From contig OZ360220.1 in assembly GCA_977017645.1 (NCBI GenBank), positions 204,600,001 to 204,664,000 of the forward strand: a stretch of 64,000 nt of DNA. The letters are read 5' to 3'. The notes beneath the pieces were generated by a model that saw only the letters and a program-made list of their open reading frames with translations, was not told the origin of the DNA and searched no databases. This DNA comes from Torpedo marmorata (lineage: Eukaryota). This document shows positions 36,367-50,199 of the stretch, one piece after another (within the stretch, counting starts at the first letter, position 1; each line of letters opens with the position of its first letter). A program made the translations under genes and the position numbers.

Positions 36367-37127
36367 CCGTATTTGATAGCATATCAGACCCACTTTTTTT
36401 ATCCCCAAAAAATGGCTCAAAAATATCCCCCAGGTCTTATATGCGAAGTTGAAATTAGGGTGATAATGGTGAGTAATGCCGACAGTGATCATCGTCGCTG
36501 TGTGGCTCACTAGCATCACCGCCATCTATCGTTGGGGGGTGGTGGCGGGCTGTCGGGGGGGAGCGGGGCGGTGGGATCAGTGTGGGGGCTGTCGGTCCCC
36601 ATATTGATTCCACTGCCCCGCTCGCCCCCGACAGCCCGTCACCAGTCCCCACACTGATCCCACCGCCCCGCTCCCCCCCGACAGCCCGCCACTTCACACA
36701 CTGATCCCACCACCCTGCTCCCCCCCCTACAGCCTGCCACCAGTCCCCACACTGATCCCACCGCCCCGCTCCCCCCACACCCAGGAGAGAGCAGGGCAGT
36801 GGGACCAGCGCGGGGACCGACAGCGGGCCGCCGGGAGAGAGCGGGGCCGCGGGACCAGCACAGGGACCAACAGCGGCAGTTTGTTTTTAATAAAATGTTT
36901 TCTGCTATAGCTAAACTGCTTTTGTTTTCTCTTGTAAATTACAGCAGTATTATTAAAAAGATTTTTCCTGTTGTCCTAGTTGCATGTTTTGTCTGTTTTT
37001 TTCTGCTATACTGTAGCTACATATTTCAATAACCCGTAAATACACAAAAAAAATTCTTAATATTCCCAGCTGAAATGGGGAGGGGGGAACTTATATGCAC
37101 GTGGGTCTTATATGCCATCAAATACGG
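36367..37127. mobile_element. Tc2/pogo-like MITE with internal minisatellite units
   Basis: TA|CCGTATTTGATAGCATATCAGACCCAC ... GTGGGTCTTATATGCCATCAAATACGG|TA: 27-bp TIR with 2 mismatches and TA TSD. Confidence 0.88.
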
Positions 37128-38004
37128 TACATAAAACCACCTATTCCTAACTTCTGTGGGGAAGGGGCAGTGAACTGCCTTCTGGAATTGGGGAAGGTAT
37201 TCCAACAGGTCTGGCTGCTTTATTTACTGAGGAGTTGTGAATGGAATTGAACCTTGTGTAGCCATCAGTGAAAATCCCACCTCTATTCTCATGTTTGAAG
37301 GAAGGTCATTAATGAGGCGACTCAAGTCAATTGGGTTCAGAACACAACTGTGATTGCCCTATCAGAACCAAAACCAGTTTTCTTTCCATAAAGTAGAAGT
37401 TCAACCATTGTTTTCTCCTTGATGGCTATTGACTTTGCCAGAGCTCCTTGATGTCCCACACAGTCAAGAACTGCCTTGGTGTCAAGGAGAATCACTTTCA
37501 CCTCACTTCTAGAATTCAGCTCTTTGGCTCATGTTCGCTCCAAGGTTTTAACGAGATCTGGAGCCAAGTGATCCTGTGAAAAGCCAAACTGGGCACGGTG
37601 AAGCTGGTTATTGGTGAGTAAGTATCACTTAATTGCACCACAGATGACATTTTCATTCACTTTGCTGACGATTGAGAGTAGAACTGATTGGGTGATAAAT
37701 AGCTGGATCGGACTTGTCCTACTTTTTATGGATTGGATATACCTGAGCAATTTTACACATTATTGCACAGAAGCCCAACATTAATTACTGCATGAGAAAT
37801 GTACATGGGAAGTTTTATACAATCATCTACATGAGCAGATGTGTTAGTGCTCGACAAGACTATATTGGAGGTATAGGATGAGCATGGCAATTTACAGCAG
37901 ATAAAGCTGTCAGTCAGTGCATACAGTCTTATAAAGGGTTGTCGATACCCAAGATTGGGCATTGTTGTTGGGATTATTACTCTAAAGTGCTGCCATCTTT
38001 TTAC

Positions 38005-38126
38005 CTTTCCAAAATTTACATCAGCATCCAGGATCTTATCCACTGTGGAACGATTAAACAGCACGTTTTCATATAGAAATTCGGACAGGGTCTCATTGTC
38101 GATTAAGAAATCCTGGAGCCTGAGGT
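38005..38126 (-). CDS. ABCA1: ABCA1-like exon (equivalent to exon 6, 122 bp)
   Basis: (D)[40 protein letters not shown]; gtgcag / gtaaaa. Confidence 0.93.
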
Positions 38127-38786
38127 CTGCACACAAAATAAGACACAGTCAGTGATCAAATAACCAGAGCAGGATTTGATCCTACAATCAAAATATGCCA
38201 CTGGTACACCAAAGACAAAATCATAAATCCCAGGGAAAACTTCCATCTCTCAATTGAAAGCAAATTGTTTCCATTTGAGTTGGACCCATTTAAATATGGA
38301 GAGGGGGAGTAAAGAGAAACATTGTGGTATAGAGGATAGCAGAAAGGAACAGACACTTTTCTCTGCTGCAAAGACAGTGTCTTGGAGTCGGTGTTGGCTA
38401 TCCGGTGAAAAGGTTAAGAATGCCGTGTATTCTGTTGCATGCGTGTGAACCATGGTCTGGAGAAACACTGTTTCTGGTTGTATATGTACTATTAGATAAT
38501 GACGAACTTGACATCTCTGGGCTGAAGAAGGACTTGGAATAGAAGGGGGAGGATCCACCCAGGCATTAACAACAGAAGTAGGCCCAGGAACGAGGTTCTT
38601 CTGAGGGATTATGAAGAACTTGGGGCAAAATTGAAAAGCAGAACCACAAGGGTAATAATCTCCTGGGCAACATGGAAATTGGCAAAGGATAAATTGGATT
38701 AGAGAGATAAATGTGTGGCTCAAAGCATTGTGGGGTAAAAAATTAGGAGAGAGCTGTTCCATTTGTATAGTCTTCACCTGAATCCT

Positions 38787-39371
38787 TGTTGTGTGGAGGA
38801 AACGTGACCTCCCTGCCTGTCTGGAATGTGTGTATTGTGGGTGGTCACATGACCTCCCTTTCTGGAACTTATTCGGAAGTCACATCACCTGTCAATGAAG
38901 GTTGGACTCCGGCCACCCATTAGTGCACATCTTGCCGTTGGCTAATTCAAATCACCTAGGGTCATTATTGGCTAGAAGCACAGATTAGCACTGTATATAG
39001 TACCAGCACACTCGCTCCCTCTGCCTCATGGTCCAAGCCCCAGACACCGCTCCATGCCAAGTCGCTACCGTGGACGTCGTTGGAAGGGTCATGGGTAAGG
39101 TGTGCACTGCACTGAAGCTGAGCCGTAGTATTGAGATAGATCAATGCTTGCAGTAGAGCCGCACCTCCCATTGATCAGGGGTCCGGGAGCGTGTGTTAGA
39201 GCCCCTGTTTATAGCGTGTGAGCGGGGTCGAATCGCCTGCGTGAATTAGTAATTGTGTACCGTTTAACGTTCTCCCATTTGTTTCCTGTGTGTTAATAAA
39301 AGTCACTTGTGATTGTAACACTTGTGTCCAGACTCGTCTCTCTGTGAACCCAACGAACCTGTTACTGAACA
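38787..39371 (+). mobile_element. Probable solo LTR (585 bp)
   Basis: TGTT...AACA termini, flanks tcct/tccc (imperfect 4-bp TSD), AATAAA at 39295, more CpG than its flanks. Confidence 0.65.
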
Positions 39372-39883
39372 TCCCAATGTAAAATTATTTTGGAATTTTA
39401 GAAGTGTAGTTACAGTTGTGATGCAGGAAGCACATCAGCCAACAAGTTCCCACAAACAATAACGTGATGGATAGATCTTTCCTTCTGCTGATTTAAAGTC
39501 AGCATTTAATATTGACTAAAGCGTTCACAAAATCTCCCTTCCTGCTCTTCAAGATAATGTCATGGGATCTGTTACAATCTCTGGAGAGAACAGGCAGAAT
39601 CTAGGTTTAAATAAAAAGTTGGAACAATCTGAAATGCATTCCTAACTTTTATCCAATGTATTGGAATTCCTGGCTAGTAAAGGCAAAGAAGTCATGAAGT
39701 TCTGATAGAATGCCAGCAGCAGAAGAGGAACGTGTATATTTGCTGAATACTTTTGTGGGGTTACTTTAGTTCACACGGTGACTGTGTTTAACATTTAGAC
39801 TCAAACAGAATCTTATTAATATTCATAGTCTCAGATGAATCATGCGCATGAGGGATGCCAATGACTTGTACAGGCATGTGAAC

Positions 39884-39899
39884 TGACCGATAGTAACCT
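39884..39899 (-). promoter_or_regulatory. DR4 LXR/RXR response element
   Basis: TGACCG-atag-TAACCT, the same 16-mer as the human ABCA1 promoter LXRE as recalled. Confidence 0.7.
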
Positions 39900-40531
39900 C
39901 TCAGTCTCTGTTTACTTCAAGAGCTTATGAATGCTTCAACAGGAACTCCACCAACTGTGGCAGAATTTGTACAGCCTCACCAGCCATCTCACAATCCACA
40001 GAAATAGAATATATACAAGTGATCCTCAACCCGGAAAGAATCTGCAATAAGGAGGAGAAGACAGCACCTTTAATGCCGAAAACATTCCCAGGTAGCATGA
40101 GAAAAGAAACTTTGGCACCAAGAAGTTATCGGGACAAGGTCCCAAAATACTTTAATTAACAGATGGGCTCATCGGAGCATCTTAAGGGCAAAGAGCAAGA
40201 CGTTGAGGCGGAAGAGTTTTGAGGAGGGTAATTCCTCATCTTTGGGCTTTGGGGGACTGAATGGACAGCAATGAGTAATGGAGTAAGGGAAATTTAATTA
40301 AAAAAAATATTAGCATCAGTGTTCATAAAGGGTTCATGGCATTGCTGGTCTGAAGATTCTTTGTGGGAGAAGAAAGCATGTTGCTTGAACATGACTGCCT
40401 CAGCCAGTCAGCACTTCCTTTGTGCTGCTGCTCAAAGCAGCTTTTGGCAGCTGTCCCAGTCTGACAGCTCAGCTGATTGAAAGAGCAACACGCCTTGTTC
40501 CCTGAAGCTGAGCTGTGAGCCAAGAGAGAGG

Positions 40532-40547
40532 AGGTTACTGTCGGTCA
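40532..40547 (+). promoter_or_regulatory. Second DR4 LXR/RXR response element
   Basis: AGGTTA-ctgt-CGGTCA, one spacer base different from the element at 39884 and in opposite orientation. Confidence 0.65.
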
Positions 40548-41949
40548 TTGCTCTCCAACCTACATTTACCACGATCAGGTTACACGCAAGCTTTGTTCCC
40601 TGCCCAGGCAATGGAGCCAGTCCTGATAGCCGAGCCACTTTAATTTGAAGCCAGACAACTTTGATGAAATAAAACAGTCCTTCATGATCTGACCTGCAGC
40701 AGCCTTGCAAGCTTTCTCCAACCTTTCACCACTTGCAAAGCAGAGTCCTCGCAAATTATCATGCAAATCCAAATGCATTGGTAATCGCAGGAAAACAGAT
40801 CACATATGTTTACAATCATGGTTTGCCTGTTGTGCCTTCAACACAGTGACACATCCCATCCTGCTTCTTTTTACAAATACTTGTCCATTATTTTTGTTCA
40901 TGCCAACCTTCACTTTGTCCATAATTGGAATCCACCCAGGATTGTGATGGAGCTTTCTCCTTCCAAATTTCCATCTCCTTCTTCTGCTCTATGGTAACGT
41001 TTCTTCTTATTGTTAGGCAGTCCCCTCAGGCTCGAGGATAATTTTCATCTTCTGCTTTGTTGATTCTGAGGTGGTTGACGAGGCTTTTGAGGGACTTGTA
41101 ACAGTGACAGATGGAGCGGGATGTGCTTGATGGAGCAGGTGGGTGGATAGTTTGAGAGGTGGTACACTCCTTTTGCTGGACTTTTGTGTGCTCCTGGGAG
41201 TAGAAAGTCGAGATTCTTAATGCCAACCTGAATGCTGCTTCTCTATTTTGAGATTTCCGTGAATTACTAGGCACTTTCACAAAGGAGTCTCAAATTGTTT
41301 CCTCTGTATTCCTGCAAATTCCTTGACTGGAAGGATCTTGGAATAATGTCCATTTTGAGGATCTGGTGTTGCATGCAAGCAACGTGCCCCGTCCAATGAG
41401 CTGACCAGGTATCATTCGTCTGGGAGAAAACAGTGATATTGATTTGCTAGTCTTTTCAATGATTTTGGAGGATTTTGTAAAGCAGTGCTTGTGCTTTTCC
41501 AATGCATTAAGGTGCCTGATTTAGGTTGTACATGCCATGGAACCATAGAGGGAAGGCAAGAGTCAGTACTATCTGGTAATTCATGAGCTCACCTTTGCCT
41601 GCAGATCCCTCATGACCTTGCCCCAGACATTCCTCCAGCTCTGCAGCTGAACCCACTTCATCTCCACTCCTTATCCTTTGGGTCTCTTCCTGTCATCTTC
41701 CCCACTCTCATTGTCCAGGACCAAGACTTGGGAACATCACAAATCAGGAGCTTCGGACTCCCAACTTTCCAATATCACTGCCAGGCGAGAATTATGCTTC
41801 GGGACCATTCAAAAAGGGTGGTCCGATTAGTAGACACTTGAAACACAATGTTTTCTATTCTGTTCCATTGAAGGAACACTAATAGATACATGTTTATGGT
41901 ACCACTAACACAGAAAAAAACTATCCTTGAAAGAGAAGGACATTAGCAT

Positions 41950-42270
41950 AGAGAGACAAAGCCATACAGCATTAAAACAAGTGTTTTGCCGACCATTAAG
42001 CACCCATTTACCCTAATCTGATTCTATTCTCCCCACATTCCCATCAATTGCCTCCAGATTCTACCACTCACCAACACACTAAACATGATTTAGTGGTCAA
42101 TTAACCTATCTACCTGCATGTGTTTGGAATGTGGGAGGGCATCAGAACACTGGAAAGTGATCACTAGGAGGAGGTCTAAACTTCACACAGACAGCACTGG
42201 AGGTCAGGATTGAACAGAGTTGTGAGGCAGCAGATCTACTAACAGCTCTATGAGCTGCACCACTGTGCCA
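41950..42270 (-). mobile_element. Degenerate tRNA-derived SINE
   Basis: cccatttaccctaatc...ggtcaattaacctatctacctgcatgtgtttggaatgtgggag...gaggtcaggattgaac...caccactgtgcc; related copies at about 46260-46560, 52590-52890, 57680-57980 (+) and 58560-58880. Confidence 0.6.
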
Positions 42271-42555
42271 ATCTGAAGAGCCAATAATACACTGCTTACA
42301 AATTACAATCCCTTGCATTTACACACATACATTGCTTCCATTCCAGTTCTGTGAGACCAAGGTGCGATTTATATTAACATTAGTATGTATGTGCTTCAGA
42401 ATGCATTTGTAATTGTTGCTCCATACAACCAATATTCCATAAATTATCAAGTGAACAAGCAGCTGGTTTAAGTTTACTTTGAAGCTTGAACCAACCTAGT
42501 ATTGAGCTCTTTAATCTTTACTAAAATTGAAGGATCACCCACTATGAGTTCTAAT

Positions 42556-45500
42556 ATCAGAATCAGAATTTATTGTCATGAACAAGTCATGAATTTCGGT
42601 GTTTTGCGGCAGCATCACAGTGCAATTAACATTCATATTATAACCATCTTACGACATTACTATAAAAAATTATAAATAATAGTGCACGAAAAGTAAGGCA
42701 GTGTCTGGTTCATTGATTATTCAGGAATCTGATGGCAGCAGGGAAGAAGCTGTCCTTATGCCGTTGAGTGCTTGTCTTTAGGCTCCCGTACCTTTTTCCC
42801 GATGGTAGCAGAGTGAAGAGGGCATGGCCTGGGTGGTGGGGGTCTTTGAGGATAGAGGCAGCTTTTTTAAGACACCCCCCTCATGTAGATGTCCTTGATG
42901 GAGTGACGTTTGGTGCTTGTGATGTGACAGGCCGAGTTAACAACCCTCTGGAGTTTACTCTTGTCCTAAGAGTTGGTGCCTCCATACCAGGCAGTGATGC
43001 AACCAGCCAGAATGCTCTCCACGGTACACCTGTAGAAGTTTACGAGAGTCTTCGGTGACATACCGAATCTCCTCAGACACCTCACAAAGTATAGCTTCTG
43101 ACGAGCCTTCTTTGTGATTGCATCAACGTGGAGGCTCCAGGACAGATCCTCGGAGATGTTGACACCCAGGAATTTGAAGTTCTTGACCCTCTCCACTACT
43201 GAGCCCTCGATGAGGACTGGGTCGTGTTCCTCTGACTTCCTCCTGAACTCCACAATCATCTCCTTGGTTTTGCTGACGTTGAGCTCAAGGTTGTTGTCGT
43301 TACACCATTCAACGAGCTGATCTATCTCCCTCCTGTACGCTTCCTCATTGCCGTTTGTGATTCTGCCGACAACTGTGATGTCATCGGCAAACTTGTAGAT
43401 GGCATTGGAATTGTGCCTGGCCACAGTCATGGGTGTATAACGAGTAGAGCAGTGGACTAAGCACGCATCCTTGGGGTGCGCCTGTGTTGATAATCAGTGA
43501 GGAGGAGGCGTTGTTTCCAATTCATACTGACTATGGTCTTCCGATGAGAAGGTCAAGGATCCAGTTGCAGAGTGGGGTACAGAGGCCTAGAGTTTGTAGC
43601 TTCTTGACCAGCACTGAGGGAATAATGGTATTGAAGTCCGAGCTGTAGTCGATGAAGAGCAGCCGTATGTATGAATTGCTGTTTTCGAGGTGATCCAGAG
43701 CTGAGTGGAAAGCCAGCGATATTGCATCTGCTGTGGAGCGATTGTGACGATAGGCGAATTGCAGTGGGTCCAGATCTTTGCTTAGGTTCGTGTTAATTCT
43801 GGCCATGACCAGCCTCTCAAAGCATTTCATCACAGTAGAAGTTAGTGCTACTGGGCGGTAGTCGTTGAGGCAGCCCACACTACTCTTCTTGGGTACTGGG
43901 ATGATTGATGCCCTTTTGAAGCAGGTGGGAACCTCTGACTGCCGCAATGAGAGGTTTAAAATATCCGTGAACACTCTGGCTAGTTGGTTAACGCAGATTT
44001 TCAGTACCCTGCCAGGTACGCCGTCAGGGCCTGATGCCTTGCGAGGGTTCACCCTCTTGAATGATGTTCTGACGTCGCCCTCAGAGACAGATATCACAGA
44101 GTCCTCAGCCTTTTCAGGGATTCTAGTAGGCACTGTTTTGTTCTTCTTCTCAAAGCGGGCATAGAAGGTGTTCAGCTGATCGGGTAGTGAAGCATCACAG
44201 CGGTCTATAGTGTTCGCCCTCGCTTTATAGGCTGTAATGGCCTGCACTCCCTGCCATAGCTGGCATGTATCTGTCTCTGTCTCCCTCCGGAATTGCCACT
44301 TTGCTCCAGAGATGGCCTTCCGCAGGTCGTGCCTGGACTTCTTGTAAAGATCCCGGTCCCTGGCCTTAAACACCCTTGTTCTCACCCTCAGCAGGTTGCA
44401 AATTCTCTGATTCATCCAGGGCTTCTGGTTGGGGAACACCCGGTATTTGCGCATGGGTACACACTCATCCACGCAGGTCTTGATGAAGTCGGTGACACCT
44501 GTTGCATATTCATTCAGGTCTATGGATGAGTGCTTGAATATGTTCCAGTCCACCGATTCAAAGCAGTCCTGCAGACGCTCCTCCGCCCCCCTCAACCATA
44601 CTTTCGCCGTCCTCACCACTGGTGCTGTGGTCTTCAGTCTCTGCTTGTACGCCGGGAGTAGAAGTACAGACAGGTTATCAGACTTGCCGAAGTGCGGTCG
44701 TGGTATGGCTCGGTATGCGTTCTTCACAGTGGTGTAGCAGTGGTCGAGTGTGTTGATTCCCATGGTCTCGCATGTGACGTGTTGGTGGTAGTTTGTCAGT
44801 GACTTCTTCAGATTGACCTGATTGAAGTCTCCCACAATGATCGGGAAGGCATCAGGATGTGCTGTCTCATGGCTGTTTATCACAGTGCTCAGTCCCTCCC
44901 GTGCCAGCCTGACGTTAGCCTGGGGCGGAATGTACACTGCGACCAGGATGATGCCGGTGAACTCCCTCGGCAGATAGAATGGGCGACACTTGATCACCAG
45001 ATGTTCCAAGTCGGGGGAGCAGGACTGGGACATGACTGTCCCGTCTGTGCACCACGAAGAATTGATGATGGCACAAACGCTGCCTCCCCTGGTCAGCGCG
45101 ATGGAGGGTGCAGCCCTTGGGCTGCAGTGCCGTGTCCGGAATGTCCACGTTTAGCCATGTTTCTGTAAAGCACATCATGCAGCACTCCCTGATGACTCTC
45201 TGATGTTGAAGTCTGGCTTGGAGTTCATCAAGTTTGTTCTCCAAGGATTGTACGTTGGCCAGGAGGATGGTAGGGAGCAGAAGCTTCAGGGCACCGCGTC
45301 TCAGCTTGACCTGTAGCCCCCTTCTGCGTTCACGTGGTCGGGTTTTCTTTACCTTGCCCCGGGGTCTGCTGCTGGTAGTTCCCGCGGTGTTTAAATGGTC
45401 CGTGCGCTGTCCCTTTAAATCCTCCGCGATGTGTAAGTGTGCTGAGTGCCTGCTGTCTGAAACTCCCGCGAAGTTTAAATGACCCGTTCTCTGGCTGTTT

Positions 45501-45742
45501 AAAACTCCCGTGGAGTTGTTGTTGTACTTGCGTAAGCTGTTTAAAGTTCCCGCGGCCCGACGGAGACTGCTACTTCTTTCGATTCTAAGGTCTGCCAGCG
45601 ATCTTTGTACATCCACGTTGTCGGGTAAGTTTGATTTTATGTTTCTTATTTTTTGTTTGATTTTTAGAAGTTCTGAACGGGAATATTTGATTATTCCCTT
45701 CAGAGCTGCACGCAAAGAGTCGCCGCTGTAAGGTGCCATCTT
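42556..45742 (-). mobile_element. Near full-length Rex1/Babar-type non-LTR retrotransposon (APE endonuclease + RT), inactivated
   Basis: LANVQSLENKLDEL..CFTETWL, VYIPP, IVGDFN, TLDHCY, HFGKSDN, KASGPDG, QFAYR, GAPQGCVLSPLL, KFADD; starts AAGATGGCAC; tail AATAAA(TTCTGA)n; stops at 43531 and about 43522 plus frameshifts. Confidence 0.9.
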
Positions 45743-47209
45743 AGTACCAGTGGGAGAAAAAGAATGGTCGATGTTTCGCGTCGGAACCCTTCATCGAGAC
45801 TAACCAACTAAGTGAGAATTCACCATCTAAATGAGAATTTACCTTCCTTATTTTCAAGTCATTCAACCCAGACTTTAGCATTTATTAATTCATAAGTTTT
45901 ACTGTCCATTGCCATTAATGAGAAATAACATAGAGAAATAGACCTACAGCTCCTCTGCTGTTTGAAAAGGCTAGCAAGCAGTACAATGAGCAGAGTGGCC
46001 TCTGTACTTAGATCTTATGATTTACTTGAAACGTCAGTAAAATATCCATCTTGACCACCAGAATCAACTGCTATCATGGACTCATTGCTCATTAAGCTTG
46101 TCAAAAGTGCTGCTGTCAGTGCCTTTCACAATTATCATGTGCCTCTCTGACCTTTGTGCAACAAATGTGATGTAGTTGCAGCGATAACAAAAAGGCCCAG
46201 CCTTAAAACAGAAGAAAAACTACTGAAAGCTATTCTTTCTATCCTAAAATGGACCTCAGAGTCACACAACATAGAACAGACCCTTCAGCCCATTGAATCC
46301 CCATCAACGACTCATTTACACTAATCTCATTTAATTTTCCCTGCATTCCCATCTGCATCCCCCAAGTTCTACCACTCTGACAGAGTAGGAGCAATCCACA
46401 GTGGCAATCAACCTACCAACCTGCACATCTTTAAGACATGGGAGGGAACTAAAGCAGCCAGAGGAAACTTATGTGGTCACAGGGAGAAGTGCAAATTCCA
46501 CCTGGACGGCATCAGACATCAGGGTTGAACCCAGATCACTGAGCTGCACCACTGTGTCACTCACTCACTGATCCTCGTGTGGTGCAAATCTAAAAGTGGT
46601 AACTTCTTAAAAAATGTTAACGGCCTACTTTTCTTTCACTTAATGCAGAAATACACCAACATGCTTGCAAATCAAATTCCACTTCCCAATTTTTGTATCG
46701 ACCTCAACACAGAACTGCACTCCAGAAGCTGTGTTCCTTGTTCACATGTTACCACAGCACCCCTTTAGTGTACACAACAGAGTAGCTGTTTCTTTCCCAT
46801 TTTGACTTCATATCATCTACCTATTTTATGCATTTATTGTCTCTTCTACTTCAAGTTTACTATTACAGTTTTTTTTTTTTAAGTACCTGTTTAGCTACAA
46901 AAAGTAAGAATTTTGGTGCATATGTACATTGTACAATGTATTTGACAACAAACTCATGATCATGACCCTATTCTGCAATTTTCGATCTTAAAATGCAAGA
47001 TTACAGGAAAAGAGCATGCACCCAAAAACGTATGTCCCGCAGCAGAAACAAAAATTGCTGACTCCTGCCAAAAGAATGGGTTCTGTACATTGAACACCAA
47101 TTGTATCAGTAGTCTGCCTTACGCTGCAAGGAACTATGATTAAATCAAATACATATCTAGCAGATGAACACATTCGAAAACTTGTTATAGGCAAATGAAT
47201 TATAATCTA

Positions 47210-47760
47210 GCAAAATTAACAACACAGGAGGTCATTCAGCTTCTCAATTCTGTGAACATCAAGAAGAGCTGCCCAACTTAATCCCACCTTCCAGCTCAAG
47301 GTCCATTGCCCTGCAGATGACAGGTCTTCATATACGCATCCAGGCACTGTTTAAACATGATGAGGGTTTTCACTTCCATCACCCTTACAGACATCAAGTT
47401 CCATATCCCCCACTGGATAAAACAAAATGATCTCCTCTCTAATTGTTCCATCAGTTACTTTAAGTCCATGGCCCCTTGCTTTCAGCCAATCTGGGAAGTG
47501 AAGCAGACCATTCCTATTTGCTCTAATTCCTAATTTTATGATTCTCAATAAAGTCTTTCCTCTGTTCCAAAAAGACAATCCTATCTTATCCAATCTTTGC
47601 TTCTTGCTACAATTATACCGAGTCCCTACATCCCTGCAAACCTTCTCTGCGCCTTCTCCAGTGTAACCACATCTTTATCATTTGGTGAATGAGAACTGTG
47701 TGCAGTACCTAAGATGTGGCCTAACTTGTGTTGTACACAATTCCAGCTTCTTCTCCCTGT
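47210..47760 (-). mobile_element. Old degenerate CR1 3' fragment
   Basis: Similar to the 3200-3800 CR1 end (ccatggccccttg..., ccttctctgcgccttctccagtgtaaccacatc..., agaactgtgtgcagtac..tgtggcctaac). Confidence 0.55.
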
Positions 47761-49690
47761 TTTCTTTTATATAAAGCAGGGAGGCAAAGCTAAAACTGTC
47801 TACACACTAGTTACTTGCACAAAAATGCTTCCCATGACATTCCTTCTTCCTATTTAGCCTCATTCACTGAAATAAAACCAAGTGCATTAACATTCATCTT
47901 ATTCACACCTCCCAAATCAATCCCACAAAGCTTGCTACAAGCATACTGGGTAAAATGCATGGAGCCGTTTCTTTGTTCTGAAAGCAGTTCAGGAATTCCG
48001 TGCTTTCTGTGACTTTTTAAAAGTATTTTCAAACCTTTGCCTTCAAAATTATTTTATTCCCGTCTTCCCTTCTATTTCAAGTTTAGCTCTCCTTTCTGAA
48101 TCTTTGCTTTGCTCTCATCCTTCGGTCAAACTTTTTGGATCCTTCCCAACAACCCAAATGAACCTTTCTGTGATGTTATTTGCCTTGGTCCTGCCAGTAT
48201 GTAACCCATCTACATGTCCCACCTGCCCTGGAACTGGTCCTTTCCATGTATAATGCTATTTCACTATTAAAAGCATGGCAGCCAATTTTTACAATGGAAC
48301 TTCCCATAACAACAAACAAAGGAGACCCATCAGGCCAATTCCAGGGATGACAGAGTTGTTCTATCAAGAGATATTAGACAATTTGGTTTTCTATTCCTTG
48401 GAAGTTAGATCTTTTTTTTAAACATAAAAGATCCTTAGGGAGCTTGACAGAGTAGATATTTTCACCAGTGGGAGAGTCAAGAACAAGAAGACATAGCCTT
48501 AGGATAAGGGGTGAGTTATATAAAACTGAGGTGTGTGGAAATGTCTTCTCTCTTTGGTAGTGAATTTCTGGAATTCTCTGCACCAAGGGTGGTGTGGGCC
48601 AGATCATGAGATATATTCAAAGTTTAGAAAGATAAATGTTTGAAAGCTCATGGAATTTAGGGTCTATGGGGAACACATAAAAGAAGTTGAAGTCAACATA
48701 GATCAGCTATGATCATATTGAATGGCAGGGCAGGCTTGAGGTGGCAAGTGGCTTGCTCGATCTCCTATTTTTATGCATCCTTGTGTTTCTGCATTCTTCT
48801 CCCAACATACGTGGATGGATTTGTACCAAAGCTCACCTCAAGGTCGTTTCTATCCAGAGGTGTAGGAATGTAAATTGGATGCTGGGAATTGAGATTATGG
48901 GAGATGGACCCTCCTATAACCCCCAGCAAGCCTCTCCCAGAAAATGTGAGTACAGTATGCAGGAAAGTGACATGAATGCATGCACAGCTTAGCCTGGGAC
49001 AGCATACGACTTAACCGCCATGTTGGTATGAGCAGTACACTCAGACAATGGTCTAAGATGATGAAATTTATTTTAACAAACCACTTCCTCCATTTTTTTT
49101 TTATTTCGCTTTCTCTCAGCAGTGGCACAGCTGTTACAACAACAGCAGCATTTTCCAATTGCTTTTGACATTTAGTTTCCCCTAACAGAATAAGTTTCTT
49201 CAGTACATCCAAGCCTCACAGTGCCAGGGACCCCGATTTGATCCTGATCTCTGATGTTGGCCATTTGGAGTTGGTACCTTCTTCCTGTGAGTACATAGGT
49301 TTCCGCAGAGTATTTGATTTGTCCCACTTCAAATCATGCTGGTAAGTTAACTGGCTGCATGTACGTAAGTGGCAGAGAAAAGAAAAACTGGAGTTCATAG
49401 GGACTTGAGAGAAAATAAGTTATAGGGGAACAGAGAAATACAGGGTACAACGAGGCAGCAACAGCAATAAGAAAAGGGGGAATGGAACTGATGGGAATTG
49501 GCATCGACTGGGTGTTGGCATCTGATGCCCTGAATAGTCTCACTGTGTTGTAATAAGCTCTGCCACCCATTCTCTCTCATAAGCCCTTCATTACCCTTCC
49601 TCACACCCTGAACTCCACAGTATACATGTAATAAATATATCTGGATGTTCAAAGGCACTTGGCAAGGTGCCACACAAAAGGTTGCTTTGT

Positions 49691-49920
49691 AGGTGGCATG
49701 GTTAGCGTGGTGCCAGTGACCAGGTTCACTGTCTGTAATGAATTTAGACATTCTCTCTGTGACTTGTGTGGATTTTCTCTGGGTTCTTTGATTTCCTCCC
49801 ATGTTACAAAACATACAGGTTGGTAGATTGATTGTGTGTAATTGAGCGGTACGGGTTTCATGGGCCAGTAGAACCTTCTAATATGCTGTATCATTAAAAA
49901 TAAAAATTAAATTAAACTAA
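49691..49920 (+). mobile_element. tRNA-derived SINE, same family as 2926-3175
   Basis: ggtggcatggttagcg...ccagtgaccagg...ctgtctgtaatgaattt...gctgtatc then an A-rich tail. Confidence 0.65.
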
Positions 49921-50199
49921 GCTCATGATGTTGGACATGATAAATTATCATGAATAGAGGATTGGCTCATTACTCAGAAGCATTGTTATGTTTTACCTCC
50001 ATGGTCTTCATCTACTATATTGTACAAGATTTTATGATCCTTCTTCCATCCATGAAGAAACTAATTATCTCCCCATTCCACTGCAGTGACAATATGTTGG
50101 ACGGCTGAACATCCTGTCTTTTGGATGATCTGTTTGGATGTTAAAAGAATGTCTGTGCATGGGATTATTCAACGATTCTGCAAATCTCCAACAATGATC

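Noticed and set aside
44915-45739. 274-aa ORF as a separate ORF1
   Set aside because: It is the N-terminus of the single endonuclease-RT ORF, shifted out of frame by a small deletion near 45090.
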